A stretch of DNA of 62,557 nucleotides, the filler included, from Bonamia ostreae (lineage: Eukaryota): the NCBI GenBank assembly GCA_040357525.1. It is 30 parts of 30 records of this genome, joined end to end, with 100 filler letters (N's around TTAATTAATTAA, not from the genome) between each part and the next. Parts side by side here need not be neighbours in the genome. Positions count along the whole stretch, not along the records: positions 20,978 to 22,971 come from JBDODL010001144.1; positions 23,072 to 25,063 come from JBDODL010001145.1; positions 25,164 to 27,155 come from JBDODL010001146.1; positions 27,256 to 29,246 come from JBDODL010001147.1; positions 29,347 to 31,336 come from JBDODL010001148.1; positions 31,437 to 33,424 come from JBDODL010001149.1; positions 33,525 to 35,511 come from JBDODL010001150.1; positions 35,612 to 37,598 come from JBDODL010001151.1; 22 more parts are not named here. The stretch is one strand, 5' to 3'. Made by a program: the position numbers and the translations under genes. The notes beneath the pieces were generated by a model. That model was not told the DNA's origin. It ran no database searches and worked only from the letters and a program-made list of their open reading frames with translations. Shown piece after piece: positions 22,218-36,010 of the stretch (position 1 is the first letter of the stretch; every line of letters begins with the position of its first letter).

Positions 22218-23971
22218 GATACTGGACCTGGCAATGAGATATTGGACCGCTTACGTCACATTGTGGGCAGGATTAGCTATATCTTATTTGCATGTGTTGG
22301 TGTTATATAAATCTTGAGTTAGATTTATACAAGAAACAATTTTTAAAGGTATAACAATCTGCTTTAGTGTAGAGAGCATCCTTAACAGCCGCAGCTCCAA
22401 CAATGTTAGCTTTGTGATACAAGAACAGGAAAACACCTTCACATTTGGTGCATGTAAAAGGATACCAAGAGATTTTGCTTTTGCTGGGAATGAATCTCAG
22501 CTAGTAAAACAATCTAGTGTTATATTGATCAAGTTATATGTTAATCTAAAGCGAAATATAGTACATGTAGGAATGCGAAACATCTCCAAAAGCCACAAAT
22601 ACATCTGTACATGTATAATTATCAAAGTTGTAATAAAGAAAACAGTACATTGAAAATGACCAACAAAATATTTATTGAAGTAACATTAAATGACTAGTAA
22701 TTTAACAGTTTAATGAAAGTCCAAACTAGACCAATTCACAATAAAAGGCATAATGATATGCCCGTCGGGCATTGTGTTCGAATTTCTGTGAAAATAGTTT
22801 GATAATATTTTATACCTTATTGCCACTGGTTTGGAGTCCTACATCAATAAAAGTTTTTTTAAAAGCTGAACACGACTCATAAAAGCCTAGTTTGCCATAT
22901 TTCTCTTTGTATGGCTATTTCAGAGAAAACTTGTATGGCTATTTCAAAGTCGTATTTAGCCGAAATATTATNNNNNNNNNNNNNNNNNNNNNNNNNNNNN
23001 NNNNNNNNNNNNNNNTTAATTAATTAANNNNNNNNNNNNNNNNNNNNNNNNNNNNNNNNNNNNNNNNNNNNAGCATCAATCAACGGGGAACCAGTTTAGC
23101 ATAAGATTAGTCCAAAAGGGGTTCCTATGGAAGACGTTCAAATGTAACAAAAAGGAATATTGAAAAATACAAAAACTTTATATTGAAAAATACAAATAAT
23201 AATTGAATCTCTCCACCTGTCTCATGAGAGATACATTGTATAGCAATATACGTTGAGAAATACTATTTTCTTTACTAACATGGCAGACGTAGCTCTTACC
23301 GAAGCAATATTTAACATTAGAGTTATACAAACTTCTTGAAGAAAATGAATTGAGTAACGTTACATCTCTTCCAATGATATTTTTGTAAATCTTTTTATTG
23401 ACCACAAGTTCAAAGTCCGAATAAAATTGGATGGAAAACAACATATCTTCTTTTTTGTAACTTCCACTTCCAGTACTATCAAAAAGTAGTAATAATGCCT
23501 TAGTATCCCAACACATTAAATAATGATGTGAATGTATAACTTAATACCGGAGCCCGGTATAATTGAGGTACGGTGACCTTAAGTTCCGGAAATTACGGGT
23601 TCCAGTCGGCAGCTCAGCAATCTAAACATTTTTTGTCCTTTTTGCAGGACTACTTATCTTTTGATCCCCTATAAAATGAATTGAAATACTACACAGATTT
23701 ACTCATCCGTTCAAGTACACATACATTCCATTCATATTCCCGTATTTCTATCAATAGTAGTACTCACTCAATTGTGACAATTTAATCAAACCACTAGCTT
23801 CCCTTTGATCTCAATAACTCAATATTTGTTAGGTAGGCATTTTAATAATTTAACCTTAAAGGGGGACTATAACGGACGTTGTACACCATTTAGGATAATG
23901 GTTACTTCCTTCCTTTGATTTCAATATATCATTATCTTAATGAGCAGAATTAGCATGAATAAAATTACTTT

Positions 23972-24680
23972 TTACTTAAACAGGTAAGAGGTATTGGTCA
24001 GATTTACTACAGTGGATACCTTTTCATTGTCTAAATATTTTAACAAATATTTTGACGATGCTTTGTCCATGTAACTTCTACATCCGTAAACTGGACATGG
24101 AACTACATGCTGAATGCAATCTTCACAGGAAGTGTGGCCACATATCTTCATATGAAAATCCAACTATAGATGGATGAAAGTGTTATATAATCATTTTTTC
24201 ATATGTACATATCGTACACATTTGCTATAGCTGTGACTGAGTCAATGATCGTGTTTTTTCTAGTTTGATTTCATTGAAAGCATCTGTAGCAATATTAAAT
24301 TGGTTTATATAGTTTTGAACGTTTGAGATGCTGATTACTTAACTTACGTTCTTTTTGCAGCAGATTTCACATCGTTCTTTACGTCTCTGTAATTGAAATA
24401 TAAATTATATTGAGGATTATTTTTCATGAAAGACAAATTAACTCATTAGTTAAATATGACGTTCAAATGAATGTTCAATACCGAACTTAATGGTGTCTCC
24501 GAGTTTCTCTTTCCTTGGGAAATACCAACGTTATTGCAATGTAACATTGGACATAACAAAATGGTTGTGGATTCCAAACTGGTGTGCAGGCATAATTCGC
24601 AAATTATATGTCCACAGTTTACCTCTTCAAATATAGCCTTCAAGTTTAAAAAAAGCAAACAATAGCATTTAGGTAGTACT
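23972..24680 (-). pseudogene. Disrupted, apparently intronless gene with two RING-finger-like motifs
   Basis: CYC...CGHIICELC...CPMLHC and CTIC / CGHTSCEDC...CPVYGC, interrupted by stops and a frameshift. Confidence 0.45.
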
Positions 24681-25187
24681 ATTATTCCACATTAGTTTTA
24701 TTTGCTATAACGATCAACTACATCAATGAAATTTGCGTAGAAATGTTTCATCGTACATGTATCCAATCTGTATGTTTTTGTTTCATTTTGAAAATGCCTA
24801 TATATTGATGATACCCTATCTCAAAGACTATTATATCAAACATGTAACTAGTTATCTAGCAGACAGCAGGAGGAACATAGCTACCCCCTAATAGTAACTA
24901 TTGAGTATTTGTCCACTTTCGTGTGTGAATTCGAAGAAAGTACTGGAATATTCGAACAGTTATATTTTCAAAAAATCCATGTATTTGATTTAACATTTAT
25001 TTTTCAATTTCCAATAGTTAACATTACAGGGGTTTCAACAGTTGCGTTTAGCGTCAGCATTTCNNNNNNNNNNNNNNNNNNNNNNNNNNNNNNNNNNNNN
25101 NNNNNNNTTAATTAATTAANNNNNNNNNNNNNNNNNNNNNNNNNNNNNNNNNNNNNNNNNNNNAACAAACCCATTAACAAAATGGCA

Positions 25188-26124
25188 TTAAAACAAAAGA
25201 ATCGAAAAAAATGGCATCAAAACGAGAAAAATTTTAGCGACGAAATTTAAATAAAAAACGATATCAGATCGAAAATCGCTAACTCGTTTTCGAACGAGAA
25301 AACGACTTCTCGTCGAATCAAAAAAGGATTTCCGCGGTTTTTTGCGACTCCATCCGATAAAACTTCTACCGTACGCCCAACCATCCGAGTCAGTTAAATT
25401 CGGAATGACTTTGGGATGCCATTCTTCGACCCATTCCCAGTTTTCTTCGAGATTGTTGTTTTTCCACGGAACGCGTTTGGTCAAATCGGTGAAGTGACTC
25501 GGATCACGAGGAAGAAAAGGTTTCGACCATTTTGAAAAATAAAGTCGTTGGTTTTCTATTCTTGGTTCTATTATCGTGAAAGAGTTGTTTTCTCTTATTA
25601 TTGAACATAATATTAAAAATTGTCTTCTTAATTTTTGAATATTTGTTGTTATAAGAAATTTGTTTTAAAATTTGCCTTTTTTAAAAAGTTGTCATTTTAT
25701 GAAATTTGCCCTTTTTGAAAAGTTGTCATTTAAAAAGTTGTCTTTTTGTAAAATTTGTTTTAAAATTTGCCATTATTTGAAAGTTGTCATTATTGAAATT
25801 AATTTTAAAAATTGCTATTTTTGAAAAGTTGTCATTATTGAAAATTTGTTGTTTTATGAAATTTGTTTTAAAATTTGTCATTTTTTGAAAGTAGTCATTT
25901 TATAAAATTTTCAATTAAATATAGCAAAACTCTTTTCGCCAGCGCTCCCAAAGAACGGAATCGTTTTTGTTTTGCACAAACGCGGAAAGAATAAGAGGAT
26001 TCTCTTCTGTAGAGACGAGGAGAGAATAGTCGATGGAGAAGTTCATAATTAAGGAAAATATGTCGAAAATTTCAGCTATTCCGAAAGGCACTATTGCAGA
26101 AAACCAATCGAACTTATATACCAT
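25188..26124 (-). CDS. Membrane protein with dysferlin (DysF) domain, ends uncertain
   Basis: ENQRLYFSKWSKPFLPRDPSHFTD...WEWVEEW...TDSDGWAYG...RSRFLVRKR is a DysF signature; upstream hydrophobic exon; repeat-filled intron between. Confidence 0.7.
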
Positions 26125-26317
26125 AAATTGGCCCTAAAAGTAAACTTGGGCAGTGTTTTTAGGAAAGTTAAAGCTAATTTGTGGCGAAAATGGTTTGATT
26201 TGTTAAATAACATTCTACATATTTAAAATATTTTTAATTAATTTTCGCCATATAATTAATAAGCTTTTGAGCTTTGGATTATTTTATATAATAAATTGCT
26301 AAATAAGTTTATTGTAA

Positions 26318-27038
26318 ATGGCTCATTTTAAGGGAAGCGAAGAGGATTTTAACAGAGAAAGGGAAGGAATGAATATTCGAATGAGACAACAATTCGAATT
26401 TGAAGAAATCAAAAAGAAACTGAAAGAAGAATCGAACAGAGGATTGGTCACGCTCAGTTTAGAACTTTAAAAATTTAGATCAGCAGTTTTCGAAAGCAGA
26501 TCTCACTTCGGTCGACAACTTTAAGTCGGAAACAATCGGTTTGGTTTCCGCGGACGAATTTAGGCGAAAAAGAAAAAAATTGCTCCAAAATAATCAATCC
26601 GAAAAAAAGTTTTGCAAAAAAATTTAATCGATTGAGGCAAAATTTAATAATTTTCAGAATAGATGAAAAGAAAACAAATTTCAAAAACAAAATCGAGGAA
26701 GAAAACAGGTTGCTGAAAAACAAGATTAAAAACACTTTGTCGTTCGATCCTTTTCAAAGTGAAGACGAACCCACCGCAACAAACAGCAAAAAACTAAATT
26801 TCAAAAAGAAAAAATCGCTAAAAAATCCAAATGTGGATACTAGTTTTCTTCCCGACAAGTTTTTTATTTTTTTTAATTTGTAAACTCGAAAATATTTAGG
26901 GAAAGAGATAAAAGGGATGCCGAATTGAGATCGAAATTAAAAAGAAAGTGGATCGAGAAACAAGAATTGATTAAAAATGAAAAAATTGAAATTATTTATG
27001 TCTATTGGGATGGATCCGGCCATAGGAAAAAAATAACT
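26318..27038 (+). CDS. FAM50A: FAM50/XAP5 spliceosome-associated protein, 3' truncated
   Basis: MAHFKG..., ETIGLVS, KNPNVDTSFLPD, EKIEIIYVYWDGSGHR; 22-nt intron 26457-26478. Confidence 0.92.
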
Positions 27039-30000
27039 GTTATTTTTTGCTAAATTTTATTATTTTTGCAAATTGGAAAACAAAACTTTTTGTAATTTTG
27101 TTATTTTTGCAAATTGGAAACAAAACTTTTTGTAATTTTGTTATTTTTGCAAATTNNNNNNNNNNNNNNNNNNNNNNNNNNNNNNNNNNNNNNNNNNNNT
27201 TAATTAATTAANNNNNNNNNNNNNNNNNNNNNNNNNNNNNNNNNNNNNNNNNNNNAGTCTTCATTCTCCCCCGCCGCTCTAGCGCCTCTAGCAGTAGTGA
27301 GTGCCGCACTTTTTCTCATGAAAATAAAATGCTCAAAAATATTTACTAATAAAAACACATCCATTAACAGTGATGAAATATTAGAATGGACAACTAATCA
27401 ATCACCACGCAGCACCGCATGCAAAAAGCACATCAATTAAAAACCCCTAAAACGACTTACTTTTATCATGGGGAATAAGGTACTTGCTATCAAAAAATAA
27501 ATAAAAATGGATGTATGTGTGTATTTTTTTTTTTATTTTTTTTTTGTTGGTTTATTTAGTAATTAATACATCTACTAAATTCCTGAAATATTCGAATTCG
27601 AAACTTTTATATTTTCTATGATGTTAAAACTGTGATATACCTGCATTGTCCCCCGAACTCCCCCATAACAGTATAAAACGCTTCTCCACTGAACATAGCT
27701 GGGGAATGTGTGTTAATTAATAATAATTACATGCGGTGAGAATTATTTATTTTACTCCCATAAACATCAATTTAGTATCCATTTTCATCCTTGTTAAAAC
27801 GAAGTTTGTTTGTCGCAACCCTAACATTTATATCATTCAAATATTGCTTACTAAAGTATATGTGTACGTGTGGTATGCCGTTTCAATGTATTTATTTTTT
27901 CCCCTAAAATTACTGAACTTTCAGCTGAACGTATAGAACTTATACCAAAAAAAAAAAAAAAAATATGAAAAAATGAAAAATGAATGTCTTGGTTGAAGCA
28001 TGAAGTAATTTTTGCATTGTTTGATCTTACAAATTGGTCCCATTGTTTAATACATGTAACATGGCCTCTTTATACAAACAATTTAGATAAGTATCCTTCA
28101 ATTAGGCATTCCTACTGAAGGACGATATTTCGGGGTATACATAGGGAATATTGGCTTGCATGATTTCATTAATTTTTTTAATTTTTTTTTTACATTTCCC
28201 TACTTTACACATATAAGACTGATGAATAATTTCATTTAATAACAGTTTCTGTTAACTTCATTTTCGATCCTAATTCTGCTTGAAATCCCATGCACTTTAT
28301 ACTTTGAATGATCATCTTCAGCTTCAAAACCGATGTTAGAATACATGCTCGCATTACAGGACTGAACAAGCCATATAACTTTCCAACAACATATTCTACA
28401 CGAAAACCATGTGAACATTCCATGCGAAAATCATGCATCTTTCTCTTCATCTTCTTTTCATATAACAGTTTACATGAAATTCATGTGAATTTCATAAAAG
28501 AATTATGTGAGCTACTTTCTCTCTGTAATAACATGAGAAGACAGGTCGTTTGAATAAATCTAGATTTGAGTGATGAGTATCGGTGCCTCTTACAATGTTT
28601 TTATATCAATCAAGACCATTCTCTTTACACTTGCATACATGTATTATCGAACTTTAGGAAATGTTGCAGAGTGGTCGCTTAATTTTGTGAGATTCAAAAA
28701 CTTTGTTTACATTTAGAATTTTAAAAAAAATGAAACTAAGTATGTGTGTGGGTACGATGTGGTGTTGTTTTTCATTTTTCCCGCACCGATTCTTTGATTT
28801 TCTAGGTACTTTAAATGTCGATATCATGATGGGAACGAAAATTAACCCCCATGAACATTACTGATTTTATACCATATAGTATTAAGGATTGTTAATTTCT
28901 TTTTAAATTAATGCGACATGGGTGTGTTACAGCAAACTGCAAATGTTTGTTGTACATTTATCGATTAATCAATTGACATTGATCAATGTTCTGTACCTTC
29001 ATCTTTTATTGTCATAGTGACAAAAACAAATTGGTACATTGTCAACCAATGACTGTACACTATCTGTTTAGCTTGATATATTGATTATTCAGTAATTATT
29101 ATCACATAAAAAATTACGTTTCCCAAGGCTCTCCCCTTATGCAAGTACAACGTTATGTAGATGTTAAAAATCATGGTCAAATCTGTTGTTGTTTTATAGG
29201 CATGACTTTAACGAATATATCCCAAATATTCCTGGAATGGACATATNNNNNNNNNNNNNNNNNNNNNNNNNNNNNNNNNNNNNNNNNNNNTTAATTAATT
29301 AANNNNNNNNNNNNNNNNNNNNNNNNNNNNNNNNNNNNNNNNNNNNCTGATTTCTATGTGAAACTGTACTTACAAGATATTCGATAATTGACATGACTCA
29401 TGAACTCTGCTTTGATTCAACATGGGCATTAATAGAACTAACCTCTATTCCAGCAAAATATGGTAGGCTTCTTTTCGACATCGGACCTGGTATACCTTTA
29501 TAGACACGTGTTACTCGGACAGCGCAAGAAATCTGTCAAAGAAAATAATTAGTTTCAATCAAAATTTCTTAAATTGTACGAAAATTATTTCTAAAAAGAG
29601 AACAATGTCGTTTATCAGAGTAGATTTATATATAGATCATTAGAATGTAAGCATCAAATTACAAGGAATTAATGTTTATATAGTCATGAAAATATACTGA
29701 AGGACTTTGTAAACGCAACGAATCTTTATTCCAAATACTTTGTGTTAGCATACTTTTTAAAATGTCTGTTTTGCAAACTTCACTTATTTTACATCTTGTT
29801 TGTTTTAAATTCATAACCTTTATAGAATTGCATTTATTATTGCATGCAATTTCTGGGGAATATTCAAAACATATTTAAAAGTAAAGGCGAGTGTTGTAGT
29901 GAAAAAACAAAACAAATCCTGCTGGTTACCAAAAATGCAAAACATATTAAAAAATAATATAACGTGTTTCAACAATGAAATGCAAAATTAAGACATCGTT

Positions 30001-31549
30001 ATGCTGCAAACGGGTGTTAATCAGCGGGAGACACTAAGCCGTTTTGATGTGTATCAGTATACAGAAAGCTGTTTGTTGCGACAGTATCATTAGAAATGAT
30101 AAATAAATGATCACCGAAGATTTAGTCGACTGTTTGAGAAGGCGTCAGGATAACAAATGTACGTAAGGCAACATTACTTTACGGGTGCTTCACCTACGAC
30201 ACAAACATTTTGACGNNNNNNNNNNGAGAGTCCCGCTACAAAAGGTGATACAGAATGCAATAGACTAGACGGACGTTAAACTAAGCCAAAACTGAACATA
30301 AGTCTTGTTCGTTGACATGTCTAGATTTAACATCAGTAATGCTGCTGGCGAAGCGCGGGATTACGGTCATATACATCAACACAATGCCAACAGTTTTTTG
30401 TACGTGACAGACCGACGCAGCAGAGGGTTACGATTAACATAACATTTCGCTCGCAGGTTTTCATTTAGAAAGAAATCTAAAAAGCCAGAGGACATACAAG
30501 TAGCATTCTTCAGCCTGTGTTAGTGGTACAAATACAAGACAATGAATAAATTAAATTTTCAGCAGGAGAATGAATTCACAGATGTGGCAAGATTGACTCA
30601 AAATGCCTTTGAAACCAACGGCATAAACTATAATGTTTATACATTTTACCCGATCGAACAGTTGTGAGATACGTTAGGTAGATATCCCCAAATTCACCAC
30701 TCTCAGCCTCATACTCAGCAAGAACTTTGAAGGACATTGATGGACGAATAACAGAACATGTCATAAGGATCATTTGAAGTATCTGTTGGTCAATGACACA
30801 TCGACCACTCGCCATCATTAAAGCTACTGTTTCAAATGTCCTTTATATAATCCGATGAGACAACCACCTTCACTTCCATTTCATATGTAACTAATTAGTT
30901 AATAGCAATTATGTTTAAAATCAAAGGAAATTGGGCTTTTTCGTAAAAGCAGATATTATTTACTAAATTGATGAATTGAATGAACAACACGGAATTTATC
31001 TTGCATTGCATTTCTAAAGTCCATCAGCATATATGTTGGAAATATGAACTTACTAGGACAATGTTCTGGGACGAAAACTATTTGGTACGTCCAAATTGTG
31101 AACAAATAAATGACAACTCATCAAAAATATATTTTGAGTGAAAACATCAATCATAGATATAATACACATATAATTGTGTGAAATGCAATCTGACAAGTTA
31201 CATACCGAAAGACAGGCCGTACTTGTCACACTAATTTAAAATACGGATGACTACTTTTATCTGACCGGTCTACGGAAGATGCTCCTCCTCATACTCCTAT
31301 ACAACTCAACCCACCTCAAGAAAACATATGCTTCCTNNNNNNNNNNNNNNNNNNNNNNNNNNNNNNNNNNNNNNNNNNNNTTAATTAATTAANNNNNNNN
31401 NNNNNNNNNNNNNNNNNNNNNNNNNNNNNNNNNNNNTTTTAGCAAATTGTTTGATTTTTGCAAATGATATTATTAAAATAAATAAAAAAAGCCAAAAATA
31501 ATATATAAAAACAAAACTCCTTCCGATTAACTTAAGTAAAAATAAACTA

Positions 31550-32828
31550 ATGAATAACGATTCTACAAATTCGACAGAAGAAATTGTGCTATCGAAAATA
31601 GAAAATATGCAATTCGCTCTTAACGAATCAGATGAGAATTTAAATTTTAAACAGTTTGGAAAAAGAGAATCGACGGAAACAAACAATTCATCTTTGTCAT
31701 CTTCATTAATTTCAAACAGCAGTTTCAGCAGCAAAGAAAATCAAATCAGAAATACCAAATTCATTGAAAACAGAAACAATGAAGAGAAAATATCAAAATT
31801 TTCTAACAGTAGCAACAATGCTTGGAAAGAAGTTTCTGCAAAAAGACGTTTTAAAAGAGAAAATGAAGTAAGAAGAAGAAAAAGTGTTCTTTTCGCGAGA
31901 AAAAGCATTTCGCAGCGAAAAGTAGTCTCTATTCTGTTTTTGATAGTTTAAACTTGTTACCATTGTCCCAAGCTTATACATATCTCGGATTTATTAATAT
32001 ATCTTATTTATTTAAGTTATTTTTGTTTGTAATGGAGAATTTTTAATTGGTTAAATTTTTATACGATGTGAACTATCACGTCATTTGCGTCATTTTTTAA
32101 AATTTTAGTTCTTCAATTAGGTAAAATTATTTTGTTTAGCGAAAACTTATTTTCTGAGCACAATTTGGAACAAGACAATTATTTAAAATCGGTTGCTGAT
32201 GTCAATGGTTTTGTCCACGAAGAAGATGTTCGAAGTCATTATGCCCTTTCTTCCTATAATCTAAGCGGCGACACGTTGTGCAGAGTTAAATTTTAACGCC
32301 CAAAAATTATTTTCGAGAATTCCTTTGTTCAAATTTAAATTTTCAAGCTTGCAACAACAATGGGAAGTCTGCAAGTTGAAGGCTATTACATGAGAGCGAA
32401 GAATTACTGGTGGAAATATATTCGATATCCTCTCAATTACCAAGTTTCGAATCTAATCAAAACAGGAATACAGAATTTTGTGTCAACAAACAAATTTAAG
32501 GAATCGCCCAATTGAATACAACGAAAACAGTTTAATCAAAAAGTCAGAGGAATCTCAAGTCGGCTTTAGATCGATGCGATTTGCAAATTTTGTGCAAAAT
32601 CTATTCCCAAAAAAGCCAAAATTGCCATTGACAGTAAAAGTCGGGTTGAAGTCGACGACTGTTTTCGGAAACGATGGCAATGAGAAATCGAACAATGCAA
32701 AGAAATATGCGATCAAAATCGTTTCGTCGGAGGAATTAAAGGCGGAGCAAGAAAAAGTGCGCAGTAAAATCAGTAATCGCATTTTAGCGATGCGGGAGAA
32801 ACATAGAGCGCTTGGGCGGAAATTATAA
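31550..32828 (+). CDS. Unknown multi-exon protein (Ser/Asn-rich N-terminus, basic segments)
   Basis: Co-linear ORFs 31550-31951 and 32478-32828 with protein-like sequence and AT-rich intron-like gaps; no family recognised. Confidence 0.5.
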
Positions 32829-33164
32829 TTTTTGTGATTTTTGACAATTTTATTTTTGAGAATTTAAGTTGGTCTAAAAATTAACTAGAAATGATGTCTA
32901 GAAATGGTTAAAATGCTAAAACGACATATCTTAAATAAAGAAGCGTCGCCATATCCAAAAATGATGATTTTTTCTGTTGTAAAATTTTGACAAAAAATCG
33001 ATTTTTTGAATAAAAAAATTTTGAATAAAAATCAAACTTTTTTTGAACTAAAATATAAATGCGAATGAATGGAAATCTCAATGTTCAAAAAAAGACATTT
33101 TTGTATTAATTTTTGTTCTAAAAAAACTCAATTATTATATAACAAACGTCTATAAATTTTAGAA

Positions 33165-33377
33165 ATGTCGACTATTGAAAATGCGCTTCCTATAACAACT
33201 ATAAAAACTTTCTTTACTAGATTATCGAAAAACCACACAAAAAACTTTGTTGCGGAAATGTTTTTCGCATATCTCCTTCTCAAAGGTTTTGTTGGCGCTT
33301 GCATGGATTTGAGCACATTGCCGTTTATCAAAAACCACCTTAAAGTCAATGAAACGACTTACCAAATATACATAATG
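33165..33377 (+). CDS. First recognisable exon of a probable folate-biopterin (BT1/FBT) transporter
   Basis: FVAEMFFAYLLLKGFV...LPFIKNHLKVNETTYQ resembles the BT1-family N-terminus (LLKG...LP.F..L.....YQ) by recall. Confidence 0.5.
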
Positions 33378-35611
33378 GTCTATTTATAATTTTTCGAAAT
33401 TTAATTGTACAAAATCGCTTAATGNNNNNNNNNNNNNNNNNNNNNNNNNNNNNNNNNNNNNNNNNNNNTTAATTAATTAANNNNNNNNNNNNNNNNNNNN
33501 NNNNNNNNNNNNNNNNNNNNNNNNAGGGGGAGATAAGAGTAAGCGATTCGGGGACTTAGCTTGCGAAGGTGGTCTATATCTAGACACTGTAATGTTTGTG
33601 TTTGAAAGGTCTGAATGCAAAACTATAACGGTATTTGTGGGAAATACAGTGTGTTAACTGAAACTTGCAATGCTACAGAATACAAGAGTGGACTTTTTAT
33701 CACGAAGAATGTTGCTGATGGTGACGGCGCCCATTCTTTTATCGGTAAATGTCAGTTGAGAGAATTAACTACGTAATTCGAAAACATTTTCATAAGTTAA
33801 TCTTGGCGGATTATAAAAAATGTGGTTGACAATAAAAGCTTATGTATTCAGTTTTTGCTTGGTTCTTGCTTGTCGCCGATTTCAAGATTGCTCTACTCAT
33901 ATAATTGTTATATAACAGTAACGGTGTTTCCATGACCTAACATGTACAAAAGACGGGGGTCCTCCGTTTAAAAGGTAATGTCGGAAAGAATTGTGACATT
34001 CAGTTCTGATGTCAGTCTCATAGCGAATGGGACTGACATATGCCAAAGAGCGCTTCTACAATCGTGATGTGGCAAGGTCATCTCCTCGCTACGAAAGTTG
34101 GTGGTTTAATCTGTAGTATATTCCATTTTGCCGCCGATAGAATTGCCATTTACATTTTCCATCTTTGTTCCAAGATGCACCCAAAAGACAACACGTAAAA
34201 TGGAAAGAATCACTCAAGGTTATTTTATTACTTTCTTTTTACAGCTATATTGAAGTGCTTTAAAATGATATTTGACATTTTTCTATAATTGTTGCTTGAA
34301 TTACTCAAAGGGCCGATACCCTAAAAGCTGGAATTTTCCAAATATTCAAAGCCGTGAAAATACCTGGTATTTCATTATGTGTATTTGCTAGAAAACTCTT
34401 GAATTGTTTCAAATGTTGAATATATATCAGGTGCTATATTTGCCAAATTCGGTATTCTGCTTCTGTTTTCATGTTTAGCGGATTTTGTATAGGAGCTCAG
34501 ATGTATCTTCGTGGTTACAGCCAAACTGAGTAAAGTAGCATATATCCTGAATGATTTTAGACAAATTATTTGTTGTTATGTCTGGTTATTTGACAAAAGA
34601 TCACTATTTCTCAAGTAAGGGTTTTTATAGAAAACATCTTGTGACCAGACAAATATTTCGGTTTTTTTGTATTTCCCCCTTAGATTTGACTAACCCGGCA
34701 CTGTATGCCATATACTTTTTTATTCAAACTTGTGCTTAATGTTTCTGAAAGGAAAAACTTTACAGAAATAATCTTTTTGACTACACTTCCATTAAAATTT
34801 CAAAAATCTGATTAAGATGTCGTGTACTGCAACTAACTGAAGATACGAGAGAGAGGATTATGTGGAACTGTATTGAAACGATCTCTCTTTAAAAAAAATG
34901 ATTTTGTCTTCTCTGAAAACTGTATACTCTTCACTCCACAGTGACGAGGACTAACGGTTTATTCATGGGGTATTCATCAAGTAAATTGCACGAATAAAAT
35001 GCTGTCGATATTCTTTGAAAGTACCAGGAAACTTAATAGATGTATCTAAAATTATTGTGAATATCATTAGATATAAAACCTGCACAGATAATGAATTCTT
35101 ATAAGATAATACTTAACACTCACATATACAATTCAGAAGTTTTAAGTGTCTCTGTGTATAATAAATAGAAGTTGCATTTTGCACTTAATTCTTATATAAG
35201 ATATTTCCGATTACTCGATTACATGTCATATATATACCTACTTCAGTATCAAAGGTGATTAGGTAAAATTTGAGCTAAGCTATTCCGGATTTTTGGAAGG
35301 TAAAATAAGTAATCAGCCTCAACCAACGTTTAAAATTATAGAGGAGATTGAGTGAGTGACCATTGATGACGGAAATAAGGCAACTCTTATTGGAAAGGGG
35401 ATGTTAATCGTCAGTTACAAATAAAGAGAATTTCTTATTGCATAGGAGGCAAGCTGATTTTGACCACAGTCATAGAATAGATATTCGTCGTCAAAGATTA
35501 TATTTGTGTGCNNNNNNNNNNNNNNNNNNNNNNNNNNNNNNNNNNNNNNNNNNNNTTAATTAATTAANNNNNNNNNNNNNNNNNNNNNNNNNNNNNNNNN
35601 NNNNNNNNNNN

Positions 35612-36010
35612 GAAAAGAGGTTGAAGAAAAGATGTAGCGGAGGATTTTGATTAAATCTATATTTACTATAAAAAGTATGTGAACATTCTTTTAAATTTCA
35701 CGTTTTGTTAACCAAAATATAGTAACATTCAATGTTACAAATGTCAAAAATTTGGGCACACGTCTAAACAGCACGAATCTAAAAATTTAGGGAAAAAGTA
35801 ATCTTAAATGTGCTAATTGTGGTGAAAACCACAAATCTAATTCTTTTATTTGTAAAAAAATTATAATTTTACATAAAAATAAATGGGTTTCTGAATAAGT
35901 AGATGTTAACAAATTTAAAAAATTTGACAAAGAAGTTTTGACGAAAGCCAAAAGAAAATTAATATATATCTTTAAAAATAATAAAAATCGTAAAAATGAA
36001 ATACATCTGT
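35612..36010 (+). pseudogene. Decayed non-LTR retrotransposon ORF1 (gag-like zinc knuckles)
   Basis: IQCYKCQKFGHTSK then, after a frame break, KCANCGENHKSNSFIC. Confidence 0.75.

Noticed and set aside
30576-30818. 80-codon minus-strand ORF in host-type DNA
   Set aside because: No recognisable family or reliable exon boundaries.
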